Positions 36,663 through 42,759 of a DNA stretch of 42,759 nucleotides are shown piece after piece. Every line of letters begins with the position of its first letter. The first letter of the stretch is position 1. Source of the DNA: an uncultured Gammaproteobacteria bacterium (GTDB lineage Bacteria > Patescibacteriota > Patescibacteriia > SG8-24); assembly GCA_964491475.1 (NCBI GenBank), contig CAZBFO010000003.1:208534-251292 (forward strand), written 5' to 3'. The notes under the pieces were generated by a model, which saw only the letters and a list, made by a program, of their open reading frames with translations, had not been told where the DNA came from and searched no databases. A program made the position numbers and the translations under genes.

Positions 36663-37040
36663 ATGTCCCGCACGCTCAAGATCCTTTTGCTCGACAAGTA
36701 CGCCGACGGCGTACCTGACTTGGCCGACCGCGGCATCGCCGTTCAGGTCACGCACGAGCGCGACTGGAACAAGAACGTCTACGAGGCGCCCCGGAACGTG
36801 ATCGAGAAGATCGAGCAGCTGACGATGCTCTCGAACTTCGACCTCGTCGTGGTGGGCAACAACCTCGGCTCGGGCGTCCTCAAGGCGATGGCCGTGCATC
36901 GGCGATTGCGCCATCGCACCGTGGTGGTCTGGAACGACGACGATTTCAAGGGCAAGGAAGCCTACGAAAAGCTCGGCCTGTGCCGTTTCATGCCGCGCCA
37001 AAAGCTGCGCGACTATATCGTCACCCTCGTCACCAACTGA
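36663..37040 (+). CDS. Hypothetical protein, receiver-like alpha/beta pattern
   Basis: KILLLD, FDLVVVGNNL and TVVVWN strands; SD-like AGGGAG; terminator ACCTGCGG/CCGCAGGT follows. Confidence 0.55.
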   Translation: MSRTLKILLLDKYADGVPDLADRGIAVQVTHERDWNKNVYEAPRNVIEKIEQLTMLSNFDLVVVGNNLGSGVLKAMAVHRRLRHRTVVVWNDDDFKGKEAYEKLGLCRFMPRQKLRDYIVTLVTN

Positions 37041-37202
37041 CCGTCGTGGCACCTGCGGGCTTCCGCAGGTTTTTCTTTTGAGAACTACCATTTGTAGTGT
37101 TATACTTGCGGCCGAGTGCGGTCCCCTGTGGAAAAGTGGAGAGGCTTCTTCCTGATGCGGCCAAGCCGCGCGTTTTTCACATTATCGCGTCGCCACGACG
37201 TT

Positions 37203-38528
37203 ATGTCCGACCAATCAAACGCCTTTCCAAAGCGCTATCTCGTCGTCGTGCTGCTCGCTTCGGCGGTCGTCAGCACGCTTTTCGGTTTCGGCGCCGGCCT
37301 CGTTGCCGGCGACTCGGTCCTGCGCGACCAGGTCCTGTCCGCGCTCTCGCTGGGTCCGGCCACGGGCTGGTACGGCAAATCGCCCGCGTCAAAAATGCCC
37401 GGCAAGCCTGTCGAGCCGAAGTCGCCGGACGCGCCGTTCATGAGCGACGAGGACCGGCGCGTCGCCGTGGTCGAGAAGGTCTCGCCGGCGGTCGTCTCCA
37501 TCATCATTTCCAAGAACGTGCCGGTGTACGAGCAGTACTACGTCAATCCGTTCCAGAACGGCGGCGACTCGGGCGGCAACGGCTTCTTCCAGCAGTTCTT
37601 CGGCAACAACCCCGCCTTCCAGGTGCCGCAGCAGCGGCAGAAGGGGACGGAAAAGCGCGAGGTCGGCGCCGGCAGCGGCTTCCTGGTTTCGGCCGACGGC
37701 TACATCGTGACTAATCGTCATGTGGTCACCGACGAGACCGCCGAGTACACCGTCATCACCCAGGACAAGACCAAGTACGCCGCCAAGGTGCTTGCCCGCG
37801 ACCCCGTCAACGACATCGCAGTGATCAAGATCGAGAAGAAGGACGATAAGGACTTCCCCTTCGTGGAGTTCGGCGACTCATCGCAGCTCAAGGTGGGGCA
37901 GAGCGTGCTGGCCATCGGCTACGCGTTGGGACAGTTCAGCAACACCGTCTCCAACGGCATCGTGGCCGGGCTGCAGCGCCGCATTCAGGCGGGCGACGGC
38001 ATGAACTCTTCCGAGGACCTGTATGACGTCATCCAGACCGACGCGGCCATCAATCCGGGCAATTCCGGCGGACCGCTGCTCGACATGCACGGCAGGGCCA
38101 TCGGCGTGAACGTGGCCATCGTGCAGGGATCGCAGAACATCGGCTTCGCGCTGCCGGGCAACGAGGTCAAGCGCGCCGTCGATGCCGTGCGCAAGGGCGG
38201 CAAGATTTCCCGCGCATTCCTGGGCGTGCGCTACGTGGTCATCAGCAAGGATCTGAAGGACAAGAACCAGCTGCCGGTAGACTATGGTGCGCTTGTGGCT
38301 CGCGGCCAGGACCAGTCCGAGCTGGCGGTGATGCCCGGTTCGCCTGCTGACCTCGCCGGCATCGTCGAGAACGACATCATCCTGGAAGTGGACGGCGCCA
38401 AATTGAGCGAGGACCTGCCGCTCGCCGCCGCCATGAGCAAATACGGCGTCGGCGACAAGGTCAAGCTGAAAGTGCTGCACAAAGGGCAGGAAAAAATCAT
38501 CGAGGTGACGCTGACCGAACGGAAGTAG
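37203..38528 (+). CDS. htrA: HtrA/DegP-family serine protease (TM anchor, trypsin domain, one PDZ)
   Basis: GSGF..TNRHVV, NDIAVIK, IQTDAAINPGNSGGPL and AFLGV..PGSPADLAG motifs. Confidence 0.93.
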   Translation: MSDQSNAFPKRYLVVVLLASAVVSTLFGFGAGLVAGDSVLRDQVLSALSLGPATGWYGKSPASKMPGKPVEPKSPDAPFMSDEDRRVAVVEKVSPAVVSIIISKNVPVYEQYYVNPFQNGGDSGGNGFFQQFFGNNPAFQVPQQRQKGTEKREVGAGSGFLVSADGYIVTNRHVVTDETAEYTVITQDKTKYAAKVLARDPVNDIAVIKIEKKDDKDFPFVEFGDSSQLKVGQSVLAIGYALGQFSNTVSNGIVAGLQRRIQAGDGMNSSEDLYDVIQTDAAINPGNSGGPLLDMHGRAIGVNVAIVQGSQNIGFALPGNEVKRAVDAVRKGGKISRAFLGVRYVVISKDLKDKNQLPVDYGALVARGQDQSELAVMPGSPADLAGIVENDIILEVDGAKLSEDLPLAAAMSKYGVGDKVKLKVLHKGQEKIIEVTLTERK

Positions 38529-38548
38529 GTCGCGCCGACACGTAAGAA

Positions 38549-38579
38549 AAAACCGTCTCGCGTTCTGCGAGACGGTTTT
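38549..38579. terminator. Bidirectional terminator
   Basis: AAAACCGTCTCGC-GTTCT-GCGAGACGGTTTT between convergent genes. Confidence 0.85.
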
Positions 38580-38583
38580 GGTT

Positions 38584-39033
38584 TCAGGCGCCGAGGAAGC
38601 GGCGCAAGAGGCGCTGAAGGGCGCCCGGCATGGGCTGGGGAGGCTCGTACGGCGTGGGCGGCAGCTTGGCTTCGCGTTCCGGAGAACAGTAGGCCCAGCT
38701 TTTGAGCGCGTCGTAGATGGCTTCCTTCGGCAGCGAGATGTGCCAGAAGGCCGCGTGGGCGATGTCGACGGCTTCGCCGACAGGCCTGCCCGTCAGGTGC
38801 GCGACGATGATTCCGGCCAGCTCTTCGTCGGTGGCGGCGCTGGTGTCGTCGTCGACGCTGCACTTGGCTTCGACGATGATGCCGTCCCGCACGCGCACCT
38901 GTATGGCCGCGCGGAACGTCCAGAAGTACTCCGAATGGTAGTAGGCCGAGCCGACTTCGCGGTCCAGGGGGTCGAGCCATTCGCCGCCCGTCTGCGGCGG
39001 CCGTATCCACATTGCCAGTTCTTCCCTGTGCAT
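38584..39033 (-). CDS. Hypothetical protein resembling an IscU/SufU/NifU_N fold without Cys ligands
   Basis: SD AGGAG; AIQVRVRDGIIVEAKC..LTGRPVGEAVDI..AIYDALK pattern. Confidence 0.5.
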   Translation of the reverse strand: MHREELAMWIRPPQTGGEWLDPLDREVGSAYYHSEYFWTFRAAIQVRVRDGIIVEAKCSVDDDTSAATDEELAGIIVAHLTGRPVGEAVDIAHAAFWHISLPKEAIYDALKSWAYCSPEREAKLPPTPYEPPQPMPGALQRLLRRFLGA

Positions 39034-39107
39034 GCGTTCTCCTTGTTGGTCTGTTGATGCTTGAAAAGGTCGAAAGGAAAACCCGCCGGCAAGGCGGGTT
39101 GCGGTCT

Positions 39108-39566
39108 TCAGACGGCTGCGGCGCGGCCGACGCGGCCGTGGTTGTTCATGTCCCAGGCCGAGACGTTCTCGACGCTGACCGTCAGGAACGTGGCTCGGGG
39201 CGTGGTCACGACGGTGTCGTTGAAGCGACGGATGCCTTTCGTCGTCAGCACGCACTGGAAGGCGTACAGCCTGCCGCTGTCGTCGGCGACGACCGTGAAA
39301 CCCGCATCGAGAGTAAACGGGATCGGTACCTTGCCGGGCAGGGTCTGCGGCAGCATCACGGTGACCATTCCCTGTCCGGAGCCGAGGGCGATGGCGGCGC
39401 GGATGGCGTCGTCAGTCTCCTCGTCGAACGAGATCGGCGTGCCGTCGTACAGCGGTTCGGGGCACGGGTAGTTGGACCAGGCTCGCTCGGGGATCACGGG
39501 CGCTCCCTTGGCGATCAGCACTCCGACCGTGGCGCGGGTTGCCGGTGAAAGGTGCAGAAATCGCAT
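39108..39566 (-). CDS. Hypothetical protein
   Basis: Strong SD AAGGAGG; coherent ORF upstream of the IscU-like gene. Confidence 0.6.
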   Translation of the reverse strand: MRFLHLSPATRATVGVLIAKGAPVIPERAWSNYPCPEPLYDGTPISFDEETDDAIRAAIALGSGQGMVTVMLPQTLPGKVPIPFTLDAGFTVVADDSGRLYAFQCVLTTKGIRRFNDTVVTTPRATFLTVSVENVSAWDMNNHGRVGRAAAV

Positions 39567-39709
39567 CGTTTGCCTCCTTGGTTGTTCGCGGTTTGCCCGA
39601 AGGTTTCGGCGACGAACCGTGCAGATTGTCACGGGTTGCCCTTTTTGTCAATATGGGGTAAGGCTCTCGCAAAGTTCCTTCGCTACTCCAGCAGTTTTCA
39701 GGAGCAGTC

Positions 39710-40135
39710 ATGGCAGACGACAGCAAACCCCCGGCGGCCCCGCCCAAGACGGAAGTGCCGCCGGAGAAGAAGCCGATCGAGAATCCGCAGGTCGACGTCA
39801 GGGTCAAGCCCGCGACCAAGGGCGATCGCGATTACGCCGACAAGGTCAAACGCAACCTCAAGTCCGACGTCGAGAAGACCATCAAGCAGAACGAGGGCGA
39901 CGGAGCCCGCAGGCAGCTCGACGCCGCCAAGAAGACCGTCAAGGAAGCCGGCAAGCAGGTCGATCCCGCCAAGGTCAAGGAGATTTCCGTCAACGTCGAC
40001 GGCAAGGTCGGCAAGACCAACGTCGGCGACGAGACCATCGTCAAGCCGGGACCGCCGCCCGCACCGGCACCCGAAGGCCCTCCTCCGTCTCCGGCGCCGG
40101 CGCCCAAGAAGGACGACGGCAAGACCAAAAAGTGA
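39710..40135 (+). CDS. Lys/Pro-rich small protein
   Basis: SD AGGAG; strongly C/G-ending codons; Pro-rich termini; hairpin CCTCCG/CGGAGG follows. Confidence 0.7.
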   Translation: MADDSKPPAAPPKTEVPPEKKPIENPQVDVRVKPATKGDRDYADKVKRNLKSDVEKTIKQNEGDGARRQLDAAKKTVKEAGKQVDPAKVKEISVNVDGKVGKTNVGDETIVKPGPPPAPAPEGPPPSPAPAPKKDDGKTKK

Positions 40136-40207
40136 TCTTTGCCTCCGGCGCTTCGGAGGTTTTCTTTTTTCCATAAAAAATCCCCCGACGGCCGTCGGGG
40201 GAAGAGG

Positions 40208-40975
40208 TCAGGCCAGCACGTTGCCGGGCGGTGCCTCTGGCGATTGAGGTCCGAGCTTGATTTCCGGTTCGCCGTGAGGGCTGCGCATGATCGAGTACTC
40301 GTCGTACGTGAAGGGCAGCTTTAAGGCGCGGCCGAGGATGATCGATGCGACCTTTCTCGAATCCATGAACGTCGAGGTGTCGCGGCCGGTGCCGGCCCAG
40401 AAGTGCGGGTTGTTCATGCCGCCGGGATGCACCAGCGTCACCTTCGATCCGGGCAGCTCGCGCACCAGCTCGCGCGCGAACTGGCGCACGAAGTGGGACT
40501 TCGCCGCGCAGAGCGCCGCATAGACCGACTCGCCGTCGCGCACCCGCCACGCGGAGGTGGATGACACCACCACCAGATGATACGGGCGTCCGGGCTTGTC
40601 TGCCAGCGGCCGCACCTGCTTGAGCATCCGGTGCAGGATGGCCAGGTTGCAGACCAGGCCGGTGAAGTGCACCGCCGTCAGCTCGTGGATTTTTTCCTCC
40701 GGGATGTCGGTCAGCGCGCCTTCGGCGAACGTGCCGGCGGTCCAGAAGACGTGGGTGATGTCCTCCCAACCGGTCGGGCGGCCGAACAGCCGCTCGATGC
40801 CGTCGGGCTTGGACACGTCGACGCTGCACAGCGTCGCGCCGTACAGGTCCTTGTCCATCGGCGCGTCGCCGACGTCGCGTGCGCAAACGATGACCTGGTG
40901 CCTGGAAGCCAGCGCCTTTTTGGCGATGGCGCGGCCCAGTCCTTTGGTGCCGCCGATGATCAAAGAGCGTGCCAT
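40208..40975 (-). CDS. Short-chain dehydrogenase/reductase (SDR) family, atypical
   Basis: IIGGTKGLGRAIA, FWTAG, VVSSTSA and VHPGGM motifs; active-site region YAALCAAK. Confidence 0.8.
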   Translation of the reverse strand: MARSLIIGGTKGLGRAIAKKALASRHQVIVCARDVGDAPMDKDLYGATLCSVDVSKPDGIERLFGRPTGWEDITHVFWTAGTFAEGALTDIPEEKIHELTAVHFTGLVCNLAILHRMLKQVRPLADKPGRPYHLVVVSSTSAWRVRDGESVYAALCAAKSHFVRQFARELVRELPGSKVTLVHPGGMNNPHFWAGTGRDTSTFMDSRKVASIILGRALKLPFTYDEYSIMRSPHGEPEIKLGPQSPEAPPGNVLA

Positions 40976-41011
40976 GCAGCCTCCTGCGTGCGGTTGATCG
41001 GTGCGGCTAGG

Positions 41012-42682
41012 CTAGCAGCTTTTCGAACCCGGGTCAACGCCGCGGTTTCGTTCCGGATTTGCGATGAGGTACTTCGTCATGTACGTCCCTTCGAGTTCGT
41101 AGCCGAGCTTGCGGTAGTACTCGCGAACTCCGACGCCGGAGATGACCGCCAGTTTTCCGTATCCGGCAGCTGCGGCGACGCGCTCGGCTTCGGCCATCAG
41201 CTTGCGGCCGAGACCCTTGTGCTGGCTGGCGTCGGGGTTGCGCCCGTCGATGGGGACCAGGTGGCCGTAGGTGTGCAGCTCGCGCACGAACGCCGCGCTG
41301 CGGATCTCGGGCATCGTTTCCCAGACTTCCCCGGTTTCGCCGCGCGGTACCTTGGGCGGCAGGCGCAGGCGGCAAAAGGCGAAGACGGCGCGGCGTCGCG
41401 CGTCCTCAAAACTCATGAAGTGTTCCTCCCCGCCGGAGGCGACGTAGATGTCATCAAAAAAGTTCGGCGCTTCCTTCATCAGCGACGGGTCGGTTTGCGC
41501 CGCGCGACCGATCTCGCGGCAGCGCAAGCAGACGCAGCGCAGGCCGCGCTTGGCCATTTCTTCCTGCACGGCCTGGCGCAGGTTGGTGACGGCGTTGCCG
41601 GCGACGATCGAAGTCGACGGAATGTCGCGGATGAGGCGCGAGATGCGGCAGTATCGCGGCACGGCGGTCTTGGCGGCGATGAGCATTTCGGTCAGCTCGG
41701 CGTCCGGGTAGGGGACGTAGCGTCCGTCCTGCCACCACTGATGCAGCTCCGCAAGCTCGACCGTCACGCACGGATACACCTTGATCATGTCCGGACGGAA
41801 GTCGGGATCGGAAAAAATCTCGCGCAGCTCGGCCAGGTCGGAAGCCGGCGTCGCTCCCGGGAGCTGCGGCATCATGTGGAAGTCGGTCTTGTAGCCGGAG
41901 TCCTTGAGCAGCGCTGCCGCCCGCCTCACCGAGGCGACGTCGTGGCCGCGCTTGGTCAGGTCGAGGATGCGGTCATCGACGGACTGCACGCCGAGTTCCA
42001 CGCGGGTGCAGCCGAGCGCGCGCAGACGCAAAATTTCCTTCGGGGTAATCCAGTCGGGTCGCGTTTCCAAAGTGATGCCGATGACGCGGTGGCCGGCGGT
42101 CTCGTTGACCTGCTGCGCTTCGGCCAGAGAGACGGTGCGTTCGCGGCCGACGGCGGCAAAGTGGTTGCAGGCGTCGAAGCAGCGCTTGATGAACCACTGC
42201 TGGTACTCCCAAGCGTAGGCCGACCAGGTGCCGCCCTTGACGATGAGCTCGATCTTGTCTGCCGCGTGGCCGTTGCGCGTCAACGCGGTCAGCCGCTGCG
42301 TCACTTGCTTCCAAGGGTCGAAGCGGTTCATCAGCGCGCGCATCGCCGCCGGTTCGTTCGACAGGTAGCTTTTGGGCATGATGGCCTCGGTGGGGCAGTA
42401 GACGCATTTGCCCGGGCAGGCGTACGGCTTGGTCAGTACCGTGACGACGGCCACTCCGGAAAGCGAACGCACGCCGCGGCGGGTGAGCACCTTGTCCAGC
42501 GCGGCGCTGGCGGCGGCGGGGTCCGCGGAAACGGCCTTGGCGTATGCCTTGCGCAGCTCCGCGGTCGAAGGCATCGGCATGCCTGCCTCGGAGGCGATTT
42601 TCCGCTTATATTCCAAAAACTCGTCCTTGGTTTGGACGCCGCGGCGCAGAGATGCTTGAATGATGGCATCGGAAATGCCCAT
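41012..42682 (-). CDS. elp3: Elp3-type radical SAM/KAT tRNA wobble-uridine modification enzyme
   Basis: CPGKCVYCP, ETRPD, RVELGVQS, FVRELHTYG, QHKGLG and ISGVGVREYYRKLGY motifs. Confidence 0.92.
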   Translation of the reverse strand: MGISDAIIQASLRRGVQTKDEFLEYKRKIASEAGMPMPSTAELRKAYAKAVSADPAAASAALDKVLTRRGVRSLSGVAVVTVLTKPYACPGKCVYCPTEAIMPKSYLSNEPAAMRALMNRFDPWKQVTQRLTALTRNGHAADKIELIVKGGTWSAYAWEYQQWFIKRCFDACNHFAAVGRERTVSLAEAQQVNETAGHRVIGITLETRPDWITPKEILRLRALGCTRVELGVQSVDDRILDLTKRGHDVASVRRAAALLKDSGYKTDFHMMPQLPGATPASDLAELREIFSDPDFRPDMIKVYPCVTVELAELHQWWQDGRYVPYPDAELTEMLIAAKTAVPRYCRISRLIRDIPSTSIVAGNAVTNLRQAVQEEMAKRGLRCVCLRCREIGRAAQTDPSLMKEAPNFFDDIYVASGGEEHFMSFEDARRRAVFAFCRLRLPPKVPRGETGEVWETMPEIRSAAFVRELHTYGHLVPIDGRNPDASQHKGLGRKLMAEAERVAAAAGYGKLAVISGVGVREYYRKLGYELEGTYMTKYLIANPERNRGVDPGSKSC

Positions 42683-42684
42683 GT

Positions 42685-42759
42685 ATGCGAAAGGAAATTG
42701 CCGATCAGCTGCTGGCAAAGGTGCGCGACGATTACGAGACGATCGCCGAAGATTTTTCG
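42685..42759 (+). CDS. 5' end of a probable Trm9/ALKBH8-like SAM-dependent methyltransferase (partial, not in ORF track)
   Basis: Open frame MRKEIADQLLAKVRDDYETIAEDFS running off the window. Y-x2-IA-x2-FS is the N-terminal motif of Trm9-like enzymes. Confidence 0.55.
   Translation, partial: MRKEIADQLLAKVRDDYETIAEDFS

Overview
High-GC bacterial chromosomal window with about 42 real CDSs. I found no rRNA, tRNA, CRISPR array, integrase or transposase. Gene content suggests a Patescibacteria/CPR (Parcubacteria, possibly Uhrbacteria-like) genome. This is inference from the Elp3, ATP-cone/Mrr-like nuclease, RNase H-like exonuclease, DUF5752-like and CxxC-x17-CxxC-type genes and the frequent SD-less starts. 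Recognisable modules: a copper-efflux operon (copA, HMA-DsbD_2/TauE, cupredoxin) with AhpC; a ThDP enzyme plus semialdehyde dehydrogenase pair; ribA; a CCA-adding enzyme; a threonine biosynthesis operon (split AK + HSDH, asd, GGCT, thrC, no thrB); class II RNR NrdJ with tandem NrdR boxes; HtrA; Elp3; and the start of a Trm9-like methyltransferase. The two strongest signals are: (1) a self-contained three-gene ubiquitin-like conjugation operon at 11772-14349 (552-aa coiled-coil/E2-like protein, ThiF/E1, and a Ubl ending in Gly-Ser, with no JAB peptidase); (2) a 19-codon leader peptide with nine consecutive Thr codons at 24836-24895, absent from the ORF track, with mutually exclusive antiterminator and terminator hairpins, i.e. 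a thrL-type attenuator that is apparently leaderless. All family assignments come from motif recognition by eye. No database searches were run.
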